A DNA stretch of 64,000 bases from an uncultured delta proteobacterium (GTDB lineage: Bacteria; Myxococcota; Myxococcia; Myxococcales; 40CM-4-68-19): the NCBI GenBank assembly GCA_903911145.1, contig CAIWCD010000013.1, positions 248,001 through 312,000 of the forward strand, written 5' to 3'. Numbering within the stretch: position 1 is the stretch's first letter; each line of letters opens with the position of its first letter. Positions 39,278 through 47,948 of this stretch are shown piece after piece. A model generated the notes under the pieces. That model saw nothing but the letters and a program-made list of their open reading frames with translations, searched no databases and was not told the origin of the DNA. Made by a program: the position numbers and the translations under genes.

Positions 39278-39487
39278 CTATGCTTGCGCGTTGGGCGGCT
39301 TTGCGGCCGTGCTCGGTGCGGCGGCGTCAGCCTGCGCGGGCTTCTCTTCGGTGCCGTCCTGCAGGCCCTTCTTGAATCCCTTGATCGCCTCGCCGAGGCT
39401 GGCGCCGAGCGCCGGCAGCTTGCTCGGTCCGAAGAAGAGAAGTGCAAGAACGAGGATGACGAGAATCTCACCGAATCCGAGCCGCAT
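39278..39487 (-). CDS. tatA: Twin-arginine translocase subunit TatA
   Basis: GFGEILVILVLALLFFGPSKLPALGASLGEAIKGFKK. Confidence 0.92.
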   Translation of the reverse strand: MRLGFGEILVILVLALLFFGPSKLPALGASLGEAIKGFKKGLQDGTEEKPAQADAAAPSTAAKPPNAQA

Positions 39488-39563
39488 GACTGCCTCCGCT
39501 TCCTGCCCCGCGACGTGAGCCGCGAGAAAGGCCCTGCTGTGACGGCCCGGAATCTGGCGGGCC

Positions 39564-39603
39564 AAAGAAAGCGGCGGGGACCCAAGGTGGAGCCCCCGCC
39601 GCT
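39564..39603 (-). terminator. Intrinsic terminator between the small ORF and tatA
   Basis: Minus strand AGCGGCGGGGGCTCCA-CC-TTGGGTCCCCGCCGCT followed by TTCTTT. Confidence 0.75.
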
Positions 39604-39632
39604 CGACGTGCCGACCTGCTGCTGCGCAAAGC

Positions 39633-39692
39633 CTACGCCGTCGCTGCGGCGAAGGCGATGCACATGTCGGAGCGTCTCGCCGTGTCCGTCAT
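39633..39692 (-). CDS. Putative 19-aa small peptide MTDTARRSDMCIAFAAATA
   Basis: AAAGGAGGTG SD 5 nt before ATG; TATGTT -10-like box at 39722-39727; terminator downstream. Confidence 0.5.
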   Translation of the reverse strand: MTDTARRSDMCIAFAAATA

Positions 39693-39732
39693 GTCACCAC
39701 CTCCTTTCGCCTGCAACAGAGAACATAACCGA

Positions 39733-39772
39733 ACGGCCGCGAAGCGCCAGCGATTGGCGCCCTCGCGGCCGT
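39733..39772 (-). terminator. Hairpin after the large lipoprotein gene
   Basis: ACGGCCGCGA..GCGCCA / TGGCGC..TCGCGGCCGT stem. Confidence 0.5.
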
Positions 39773-39799
39773 CGGTGACGACATCGCTATACCGCGCCG

Positions 39800-42004
39800 C
39801 TACTGGCCGAGCGTGACCGTCTGGACCGCGAACGCCTTGAGGCTGTTGCCGAGCGCGTCCACCGTCACGTTGCCGAACCCGGTGAGCGACGCGAACGTGT
39901 TCGAGGTGCTCGTCGTCGCGATCGCGGCGACCCAGCCAGACGCAGTGGCATCGTGCTGGAGGTCCGAGAGCGACGAGCTGATCGCGGTGGGATCGACGAG
40001 AACGGCCGTCGAGCCAGACTGGCCGGCCGGCGGCATGTAGATCGACCAGGTCTGGTGCGTCGAGTTCTGCAGCGTGAACTTGTAGATCTGCGTGCTTGCG
40101 TCCGCGTCGGCCGGGATGTGGACAGTGCGGCTCGCCTTCGAGTACGTGACCGTGTTCGCCGTCGAGGTCGCGAGGCTCATGAACGGCGTGCCGGTCATGT
40201 CGATCTCGGTCGGAGCCGCAGTGCCGCCCGCGAAGGCGATGTTGTCCATCGTCTTCATGATGCCGCTGATCGCGATGGTTGCCGTCCCGGTCGAGCCGGA
40301 GCCGAACGCGGAGGCGAGCGAGCTGAAGTTGAGCGCAACGAGGCCGACGCCGAACGGGTAGCTCTCGAGGCCGTGGTTGCGCGGCGCCATCGCGAGCGGG
40401 AGGTCCGCGGTGGAGCAGTCGTTCGTGCCGCCGTCGCTGTCCGGCGTGCTGCAGATCTTGCCGGTCTGGGCGCCCGAGCTATCGGTCGCGGCGAGTCCGG
40501 CGGTCACACCGAGCGGCGTGAAGCCCATCGGGAACGCGGCGGCTCCGGAGAGCGCGACCACACCGTCGAGGTACTTGCCCTCGAACATCGGCAGCGTCGG
40601 AGCCTTGATGCCGACCTTCATGTGCATCGGCGTATCGAGGGTGACGGTCTGCGCGATCGGCGTCGGGGTCGGGCCCGACGGCCCCGTGGTGACGCCGACA
40701 TGCTCGCCAATCTCGAGGCTGGCGAGGAGCGGAAGAACCTGCGGCAGGAGCGCGCCGATGTTGATGTTCGAGGTGCCGCCCGTCAGGCTGGTCGCGAGGG
40801 GAATGACGACGCTCGGGTCGAGGTTGCCACCGATGCCCCAGAGGATGCGCTGGCCCGGATCGGCGTACATCGAGTAGGCGCCCGTGCTGTAGAGGTCGCT
40901 GCCGAGGCCGAGGATGAGGCCGCCGGGGAGATTCACCGTCGCGTTGGCGAGCGAAATCGTGACCGGGCGGGTCTTCCCGATGAAGTTGTCGAGCGAGAAG
41001 TCGAGGACGCTGCCCGCGATGCTGGTGCCGAAGAAGCCGAGGTGGAGCGGATAGCCGCCCGTGTTCGGAGGCGGCTGCTGCGCGGTGAGGATGTTGAAGT
41101 CGGCCTCGGTGATCGTGCCGTCGAACTCAGCGCGCTGCGCGATCGGATAGAACTGGCGCAGCGGGATGAGCAGGTCGGCGCCAGTCACGCCGATGTACGA
41201 GGCGTAGTCGTGGTTGGCCGCGAAGGCGTGGACGTTGTGCGCGGTCGCCGCGCCCGTGAGGGTGAAGACGGTCGAGCCGTCGGCGCCCGTGGTCTGCGCG
41301 GCGGCCGTGTTGGCGTCGAGCGCGATGAAGGCGCCCTGGACCGGAACCTTGGTGTCCTCATCGATGACAACGACGCGCAGCGAGTTCGTCGTGGAGAACG
41401 TGCCGTAGACCTTGACCGCCGCGGTGCAGGAGACCGCGGTGCCGATCTTCGCGGTGACCGTGGCCGACTGCGATCCGTTCGCCGTCGCGGCGACGCCGGT
41501 GAGCAGACCGGTCGAGGCGTCGATGGTGGCCGGGTCGCTCGTGCCGACCGACCAGGCAACGCCGGTGAACGGAAGCGCGTTGCCGGACGCATCCTGCGCG
41601 ACCGCGGAGAGCTGGATGGTCGAGCCCGTGCGGACGGCCGCGTTTCCCGGCGTCACGACGCAGGAGTGAACGTCCGTGGCCGCCGTCGGGGAAGCGCACG
41701 CGCCGCCGATGCAGACCTGGCCGCCGGTGCAGTCAGCGTTGCCACCGCAACCCGGGTTCGAGCAGCTGCCGAGGACGCAGATCTGGTTGCCGGTGCAGTC
41801 GCTGTTCGCCTGGCAGATGAAGACGCAGGCCTTGTTGTAGCAAACGCACTCCTTGCCCGCGCCGCAGTGGACGGGGTCGATGGTCGCGCAGGATGCAGGC
41901 GTCGTGCAGACGGTCGGACCGGCGTCGTTGCCAGACTTCACGCTTCCGCTGCAGGCAGCGAAGAACAGTCCAGTGAGCACAAGAGCGGGGGCTGAGAGCC
42001 TCAT
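39800..42004 (-). CDS. Large surface lipoprotein with Cys-rich repeats, Ig-like (Big_2) and beta-sandwich domains
   Basis: LFFAAC lipobox; CQANSDC/CGGNADC repeats; VTPGNAAVRTGSTIQLSAVAQD...ATIDASTGLLTG; Thr/Gly/Ala-rich. Confidence 0.8.
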   Translation of the reverse strand: MRLSAPALVLTGLFFAACSGSVKSGNDAGPTVCTTPASCATIDPVHCGAGKECVCYNKACVFICQANSDCTGNQICVLGSCSNPGCGGNADCTGGQVCIGGACASPTAATDVHSCVVTPGNAAVRTGSTIQLSAVAQDASGNALPFTGVAWSVGTSDPATIDASTGLLTGVAATANGSQSATVTAKIGTAVSCTAAVKVYGTFSTTNSLRVVVIDEDTKVPVQGAFIALDANTAAAQTTGADGSTVFTLTGAATAHNVHAFAANHDYASYIGVTGADLLIPLRQFYPIAQRAEFDGTITEADFNILTAQQPPPNTGGYPLHLGFFGTSIAGSVLDFSLDNFIGKTRPVTISLANATVNLPGGLILGLGSDLYSTGAYSMYADPGQRILWGIGGNLDPSVVIPLATSLTGGTSNINIGALLPQVLPLLASLEIGEHVGVTTGPSGPTPTPIAQTVTLDTPMHMKVGIKAPTLPMFEGKYLDGVVALSGAAAFPMGFTPLGVTAGLAATDSSGAQTGKICSTPDSDGGTNDCSTADLPLAMAPRNHGLESYPFGVGLVALNFSSLASAFGSGSTGTATIAISGIMKTMDNIAFAGGTAAPTEIDMTGTPFMSLATSTANTVTYSKASRTVHIPADADASTQIYKFTLQNSTHQTWSIYMPPAGQSGSTAVLVDPTAISSSLSDLQHDATASGWVAAIATTSTSNTFASLTGFGNVTVDALGNSLKAFAVQTVTLGQ

Positions 42005-42199
42005 CGGCGACATCCTTTTCGATTGGTTTGCAAACTTGAGCGTGAGTCGAGCGGCTTGAAAGAGCTGCGCGGAGGTTCAGGGGCCCGTCGCAGAAGCGCG
42101 GCAGTTTGAGTATTTCTCGCCCGGCGTCAAGACGCTCTGCGTCGAAACGCGTCGATTTCTTCTTTCGTCCGAGACCTCGCGCGCGCGGGAAATACCGGA

Positions 42200-43798
42200 A
42201 TGCAGTTCGACCCGCGAGCCGACGCGACGGCCACGCGGATCGGTCGCGAGGTGGCCACTCAACTTGAAACTCGCGTCGTGCGCGGGCTTGCCGCTACTGT
42301 TCGCGCCGTGCATGCATTCGTGGCGGCTGCGCTGTTGCTTGGCGCGGCGGCAGGACACAAATCCGACGACGCCACACTATCGACGCCCGCGCAGCTCGAG
42401 GGGGCGCTGCGCGAAGCGAGCGAGGCGAGCTGTCCGGGGCATGCGGTCCGCGTCGATGCCGACCTGACGCGAGCAGCGCAACGATATGTGCGGGCGGTGC
42501 AGGTTGGCCAGGCCCAGACGGCAGGCGCGGAGCTCGCTTTCTACGCGTCGCTCGAGGCGATCGACGCGTCGCCGACCGGAGGCGTTGCGACGACGGATCG
42601 TCCAGCCAAGGCCGAGCGCGCCGTCGGCGATCTGCTCCCGCACAGCTGCCGCGTGACTCATGCAGGAGTCGCTGCGGCAAGGCTCACCGACGGCCGCGCG
42701 GTGATCGCGGTGCTCTCGGCGGACCGCGAGATTGAACTCGCGCCCCTGCCTGCGCGAACCTCGCCGGGTGCGAGCGTGCGCATCGACGGACGGCTGTTGC
42801 AGCGTGGGCTCTCGCTGCCGCGCCTCTATCACCTGACGCCCGCGGGAACAGTGGACGAGACGCCGCTCGACGTGGCTCACGGAAGATTTTCTCTCGACGT
42901 CAAGCTCGACGGCAAAGGAGAGCACACGCTCGAGTTGCTCGCGGACGGCGATGGCGGACCGGAGGTCGTGGCGATGCGGCGCATCTTCGTTGGCATCGAG
43001 CCGCCGAACGTCCCTCCCGAGCCGCCGCCCGAGGTGATTGGCGAAGGGCTCACTGGAGTCGCGCAGACGATCGCGCAACTGCGTGCTGCGCGCGGCTTGC
43101 CGCCGCTCTCACGAGATGCGGTGCTCGACGCGGTGGCCGCGGGGCACAGCGCAGAGATGGCGCGGACGCGGACCTTTGCGCATGTGCTCAAGAGCGACGG
43201 CTCGCTCGCCGATCGGCTGCTGCGCGCGCGTTACGCGCATCGGTTCGCAGGAGAGAACATCGGGCTCTCGGGTGACGCGCGCCTCGCCCAGCAGGCGATC
43301 CAGGAGTCGCCGGCCCACCTGATGAATCTGCTCGATCCGCGGCACACGCGGCTTGGGCTGGGAGCGGTGGCGGGCGTCTCTCCCGATGGGGCGCAGGGCA
43401 TCTATCTGACTGAAGTCCTCGCGCAGCCGGTCAAGGGTTCGCTCGATCCCTCGAGGGAGATCGCCGAGCAGCTTGCGCATGAGAGGCAGAGACTCAAGCT
43501 TCCGCCGCTCGTGCGCGATCAACGCCTCGACGCGCTCGCGCAGGCGCACGTGCAGAAGCTTGCGGCTGCGGCGGGACGGCAGATCGACGAGGACGTCGCG
43601 CGCGAGGCGATCGACCAGATCGGCTCGCTGCGCAGGGCCGTAGCGGAACTGCTGGTCGCAGGCGCGCCCGAGGACGCGAAGATGTCGAAGAACGCTGGCG
43701 CGCGCGACTGGGCCGTGGTCGGCATCGGCGCGACCTACGCAAGCTCGAAGCAGTACGGACCGGACCGGCTCTGGATCTTGCTGCTCTTCGCGCGCTGA
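42200..43798 (+). CDS. CAP (SCP-like) domain protein, multiple CAP-like domains
   Basis: RAARGLPPL...LDAVAAGHSAEM...FAH...GENI...SPAHLMNLLDP; two further degenerate copies; start uncertain. Confidence 0.8.
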   Translation: MQFDPRADATATRIGREVATQLETRVVRGLAATVRAVHAFVAAALLLGAAAGHKSDDATLSTPAQLEGALREASEASCPGHAVRVDADLTRAAQRYVRAVQVGQAQTAGAELAFYASLEAIDASPTGGVATTDRPAKAERAVGDLLPHSCRVTHAGVAAARLTDGRAVIAVLSADREIELAPLPARTSPGASVRIDGRLLQRGLSLPRLYHLTPAGTVDETPLDVAHGRFSLDVKLDGKGEHTLELLADGDGGPEVVAMRRIFVGIEPPNVPPEPPPEVIGEGLTGVAQTIAQLRAARGLPPLSRDAVLDAVAAGHSAEMARTRTFAHVLKSDGSLADRLLRARYAHRFAGENIGLSGDARLAQQAIQESPAHLMNLLDPRHTRLGLGAVAGVSPDGAQGIYLTEVLAQPVKGSLDPSREIAEQLAHERQRLKLPPLVRDQRLDALAQAHVQKLAAAAGRQIDEDVAREAIDQIGSLRRAVAELLVAGAPEDAKMSKNAGARDWAVVGIGATYASSKQYGPDRLWILLLFAR

Positions 43799-43807
43799 AG
43801 ACGCCGA

Positions 43808-44056
43808 TTAAGCCGACTTGCGCTGCGTCGCGAACGCCTCGATGGAGTTCTCCGGCGAAGCGGGCGTGAGCGCATAGTTCGGGCAGCGCACGCAGGTGAA
43901 GCTGTTCCAGCCGCGCTTGACCGCTTCGTTGAGGCACTCGTCGTAGCTGCCGCAGAAGAGGTTGCGGTGGGCCTCGACAGAGAGTTTGCGGCTCCCTTCG
44001 AGATTGATCGGGGTCGTGAGCTCAGTGGGGATCGGCTTCGCCAGGACCATGACCAT
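43808..44056 (-). CDS. Small Cys-motif protein (possible Zn or Fe-S binding)
   Basis: GGAGG SD; HRNLFCGSYDECL...WNSFTCVRCP. Confidence 0.7.
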   Translation of the reverse strand: MVMVLAKPIPTELTTPINLEGSRKLSVEAHRNLFCGSYDECLNEAVKRGWNSFTCVRCPNYALTPASPENSIEAFATQRKSA

Positions 44057-44214
44057 ATTGGAGCGCCTCCTCGATGCGGCTTGCTGCTTTGAGAAACGGA
44101 CCCGGACCACCAGAGCGATTCTCTGGTTGCGACGGGCGGCGGCCTATAGCAGAACGCCGCGAGAGGATCCAGTCGGCCAGATGGCGCAGGCGGCCTCGGG
44201 AACGGAAATCGCTC

Positions 44215-46503
44215 TTGATTGCGGCAGGACATCAGTGGGCGCGGCGCGCGCTCGGGGCCCTCGTCTGTGCCTTGGTGTTGTCCGGGATGCGCGTGGCGGC
44301 CGCACCGGATGCGGGCCAAAGCGTCGATGCCGATGCGCTTCGCGACGCCGCAGGAGAAGCGCTGGCAGGCCGCCACGATGCCGACGCGGCGCAGGGAGCG
44401 CTCGACTGTCTGCGTACACTGCCCGGGCCCGACGCGGCGGCCGACTGCGCGCTCATCCTCGCGCACGCACGATTTCAGCAAGGCGATCTGGCCGGCGCGG
44501 CGGCAGCTCTCGAAGGCACGCGCGGCAAACTCGGCATGCTCGAAGCGCATGGAGAGAAGTTGCTGGGCGAGGCGCTGCTGCTCTCGGGGCACGCACGCGA
44601 GGCAATCGAACCGCTGCGCTCGGCGGCAGACACCGGAGGAACCACCGGGCCGGGACTCGCGGCGGCGGCGCTGCTGGCAGACGCGCTGTTCGACACAGGA
44701 GCGATGCACGAGGCGGCAGCGCAGGCGGAACGTGCATCGGCACTCGACGGGCAAGCGCAGGGTGTGCGCGCGGCTCTCGCCTGGACCCGCGCAAAAGCCC
44801 TCGCCTCGCTCGCCGAGGCAGCGCGCGCGGCGAAGAGCGCACAGGGAAAGAGCGTCGCGTCGCAGGCCGCGAACGCTGCGCGCAGCTTCTGGCGCGACTT
44901 TCCCGATCATCCTGCCGCGAGCGAGGCGACGAAACTCGAGAAGCAGTTGGCGCGGCTGCCGGGAGGATCGCTGCCGGCCGTCACGCCGCGCGACCACCTC
45001 ACGCGAGCGAATCGTCTGCTGACGGCGGGGCAACCGGCGCTGGCGGTCACCGAGGCAGCGGCCGCGTGCGCGAAGCTTTCGGGAGACGCCAAGGCCGACG
45101 CGAATCTGCTGCTGGCGCGCGCGCTCGCCGCGGATGGACGACGCGGAGACGCAGGAGGGGCGCTCGCGTTGGCCGTGCATTCGACGCATCGGCGAACCGC
45201 TGCGCCCGCGCTGCTCCTACTCGCGCGCGATCATGCGCGAAGAGCGGACAGCACGGGCGCGGTCGCGCTGCTTGACCAACTGGTGCATCGTTTTCCTGTC
45301 GAACCCGAGGCCGACGAAGGCGCGTATCTGGCGGCGCGCCTGCTGCTCGACGCCGGCCAGACCGAGGCAGGACACGCCCGCCTGCTGCACGTCGCGGAGA
45401 ACCACACGGCGAGTGGCGCGGAGGCGCGCTGGTCGCTAGCGTGGCTCGCGTATCGAGCGGGCAGCGCAGACGCGGCGCAGCGATTTGCCGCCTTCGCTTC
45501 TCTCGCCAGCGACGACGAGAACCGCGCGCGAGGATTGTACTGGGAGGCGAAGGCAGGCCCGCCTGCGGCATCCGCTGAACTGTTCAACCGGGCGCTCGAA
45601 CGCGACCCCCTCGGCTGGTACGGACTGCTCGCGAGCGAAGCGCTTTCGACCGCCCCCAGCAAGGCTTTGCGCTTCCCTCCTGCTGGGACATCGGCGCTCG
45701 CCCTGGCCGGAGAACGTCTCGCCGATCCGGCGCGCAGGTTGCTGCGAATTGGCTTCAACGCCGAAGCGACAGAGGAGCTCGATCGCGCCGCTCATCAGCA
45801 CCGGCACGACCTTCTGCAGTTGCTGCCTCTCCTCTACGGATACCAGCGCGCGGGTCGATTCGACCGCTCGGTGCCACTCGCGCAGACGCTGCTCGCGGGC
45901 CGGCCGATCTCGCTCGCGGCGCTCAGCGCGAAGGCCGCGGCAGGGCCGGGCGCCGAGGATTCATTGCGTGCGCTCCTCGACGCGGCCTATCCGGCGGCCT
46001 TTGCGGACGAGGTCGCGCGAAGCGGTTCGGCGACCGGAATCGATCCCTATCTGCTCCTCTCGATTGCGCGACGGGAGAGCGTGTTCAAGCCCGACGCACA
46101 CAGCGCGGCAGGCGCGGTCGGCCTGCTCCAGTTGCTGCCCATCACGGCGCGGAAAGCCTCCGACGTGCGCGGCTTGGCAGCGCCGAGCGACGCCGAGTTG
46201 CTTGAACCCGCCGTCGCCATCGACGTCGGCTCCTGGTATCTCGCGCAGCTGCTCGCGCGCTTCGGAGACCCGGCGGTGGCGGTTGCGTCCTACAACGCAG
46301 GCCCGGTCGTTGTCGCGCCCTGGGCCAGGCTGGGCGCGGGCAAGCCGCTCGATGCATGGGTCGAGGAGATCCCATTCAAGGAGACGCGCCATTACGTGAA
46401 GATCGTCATCGGTGCATGGAGCGCGTATCGCATCCTCGCGGGAGGCGACCGTCCATCGCTCGCGGCGACAGTCCCCGAAGTCAAACAGGGGACCGACTTC
46501 TAG
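44215..46503 (+). CDS. slt: Soluble lytic transglycosylase (Slt70-like: TPR repeats + SLT domain)
   Basis: RRESVF (catalytic Glu), AGAVGLLQL, SYNAG, IPFKETRHYV; start approximate. Confidence 0.88.
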   Translation: MIAAGHQWARRALGALVCALVLSGMRVAAAPDAGQSVDADALRDAAGEALAGRHDADAAQGALDCLRTLPGPDAAADCALILAHARFQQGDLAGAAAALEGTRGKLGMLEAHGEKLLGEALLLSGHAREAIEPLRSAADTGGTTGPGLAAAALLADALFDTGAMHEAAAQAERASALDGQAQGVRAALAWTRAKALASLAEAARAAKSAQGKSVASQAANAARSFWRDFPDHPAASEATKLEKQLARLPGGSLPAVTPRDHLTRANRLLTAGQPALAVTEAAAACAKLSGDAKADANLLLARALAADGRRGDAGGALALAVHSTHRRTAAPALLLLARDHARRADSTGAVALLDQLVHRFPVEPEADEGAYLAARLLLDAGQTEAGHARLLHVAENHTASGAEARWSLAWLAYRAGSADAAQRFAAFASLASDDENRARGLYWEAKAGPPAASAELFNRALERDPLGWYGLLASEALSTAPSKALRFPPAGTSALALAGERLADPARRLLRIGFNAEATEELDRAAHQHRHDLLQLLPLLYGYQRAGRFDRSVPLAQTLLAGRPISLAALSAKAAAGPGAEDSLRALLDAAYPAAFADEVARSGSATGIDPYLLLSIARRESVFKPDAHSAAGAVGLLQLLPITARKASDVRGLAAPSDAELLEPAVAIDVGSWYLAQLLARFGDPAVAVASYNAGPVVVAPWARLGAGKPLDAWVEEIPFKETRHYVKIVIGAWSAYRILAGGDRPSLAATVPEVKQGTDF

Positions 46504-46540
46504 ATGCTTTGAGTCCCAATCATTGGCACTCAAACCATCT
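46502..46540. repeat. 18-bp imperfect inverted repeat, same family as 21712-21746
   Basis: AGATGCTTTGAGTCCCAA-TCA-TTGGCACTCAAACCATCT between the convergent slt and rnd stops. Confidence 0.75.
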
Positions 46541-46549
46541 GCGCCGAAC

Positions 46550-47887
46550 TCAGAACAGCTTGATCTGCGTCGGCTTGCGCGGAACGTTGGGGCTCGCGTC
46601 CTGCGCAGCGGAGACGGGTGCAGCTTGCGCAGGCACCGCCACAACCTCCGGTGCGGCCGTTGTGGCGGCGACAGCAGCAACACGCGGCGATTCAATCGCT
46701 GCCTGCACCGGAGCCGCGACCAGCGCAGCGAGCATCTCGACGCCGTACTGCTCGAGGCGAAAAGAGTCCATCCCTTCGACGAGCGCGAGCGCGGCGGCGT
46801 CGACCGGAGCGGCCTTGGCGATGGCCTGCAGCACGGCGTTCGGCGCAATCACCTGCACCTCGACCTTGCGCGCGTCCGCCCTCGTCTTGCGCCACGCGCG
46901 CAGCTGCTCGTAGCGCGCCTCCACGGCCGGGTCCTGGCTCGGCGCCCCGCGTCGCCACGGTGGCCCACCCTTGCCTGCCCCAGCCTGTGGGCGTGCGGGA
47001 GGCGGCGCGTTCAGGCCCGCCTCGACCGCGGCGAGCAACTCGGGTGCAAGCCGCTTCACCTGCGACGATGACGCGCCGGGAATGCCGACCAGCTGCTCCG
47101 CACTCTTCGGCAGCCGACGCGCGACCTCTCCGAGAAAGAGATCGGAGAGCACTTTGAAGGGGGGCCGATCGATCTCCTTCGCCCTTGCATCGCGCAAGAG
47201 ATAGAGCTCACGAAGCACCGCGCGCCCCTTGCCGTCGAACGTGCGCGCGATCTTCATCTTCTGCCAACCCTCGGGATCAAACGGGCGCGGCTTCGACTCC
47301 TTCATGCGCAGCCGGTCGAACTCCGCGCTCGCCTCGGCCGCCAGTCCGCGCGTGCCGAGTTGATCGGCCAATCGATCGCGCAGACGCAGCAGATATCGAA
47401 CGTCGTTGTACGCGTAGGTCAGCTGCTGCGCGGAGAGCGGACGCTTGCCCCAATCGCTCTTCTGCTCGTCCTCGACGAGCACGATGCCCAGCTCGTCAGC
47501 GAGCAGATTTCCCAGCCCGAAACGGGTCAAGCCCAGCGTCTTCGCGGCCGCGTGCGTATCGAAGATTCGTCCCAATCGCGCGCCATATTCGCGATTCAAA
47601 CAGAGCACGTCATATTCAGCCGCGTGGAGGACCACCTCGCGCGAACCGTCTGCGAAGAGCGGCCAGAGTGCCCGCACGTCGATCGCGAGAGGATCGAGCG
47701 CCCAGTCGCGCTCCTCGGTGCCAAGTTGGATCAGGCATACCCGCTCGGTATAAGCGTGAAATCCATTTGATTCGGTATCGAGCGCAATCCGCGAGCAGCG
47801 CGCAACGGCCTCGAGGCAGGCGGCGAACGCCTCGGCGGTGGCGACAAACTCTTGCGGACGGGCGGGGGCAGCGTGGGCGTCAGTCAT
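46550..47887 (-). CDS. rnd: Ribonuclease D (DEDDy exonuclease + two HRDC domains)
   Basis: ALDTES, CLIQL, HAAEYD, SDWGKRPL, YAYNDV; DRPPFKVLSD and WRKTRA HRDC domains. Confidence 0.9.
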   Translation of the reverse strand: MTDAHAAPARPQEFVATAEAFAACLEAVARCSRIALDTESNGFHAYTERVCLIQLGTEERDWALDPLAIDVRALWPLFADGSREVVLHAAEYDVLCLNREYGARLGRIFDTHAAAKTLGLTRFGLGNLLADELGIVLVEDEQKSDWGKRPLSAQQLTYAYNDVRYLLRLRDRLADQLGTRGLAAEASAEFDRLRMKESKPRPFDPEGWQKMKIARTFDGKGRAVLRELYLLRDARAKEIDRPPFKVLSDLFLGEVARRLPKSAEQLVGIPGASSSQVKRLAPELLAAVEAGLNAPPPARPQAGAGKGGPPWRRGAPSQDPAVEARYEQLRAWRKTRADARKVEVQVIAPNAVLQAIAKAAPVDAAALALVEGMDSFRLEQYGVEMLAALVAAPVQAAIESPRVAAVAATTAAPEVVAVPAQAAPVSAAQDASPNVPRKPTQIKLF

Positions 47888-47948
47888 TGCAGGCCCGATG
47901 TATCACGGCGTCGCCGCGGGAACTGAACGACGTGACGGATATGATCGA

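Noticed and set aside
39633..39692. tmRNA tag reading frame (Ala-rich end)
   Set aside because: No tRNA-like ends or resume context; the ORF has its own SD and ATG, and the region is too short
37043..41995. Long plus-strand ORFs (911 aa at 37043-39778, 680 aa at 39953-41995) and similar antisense ORFs elsewhere
   Set aside because: They shadow well-supported minus-strand genes; such ORFs are expected in high-GC DNA and show no motifs
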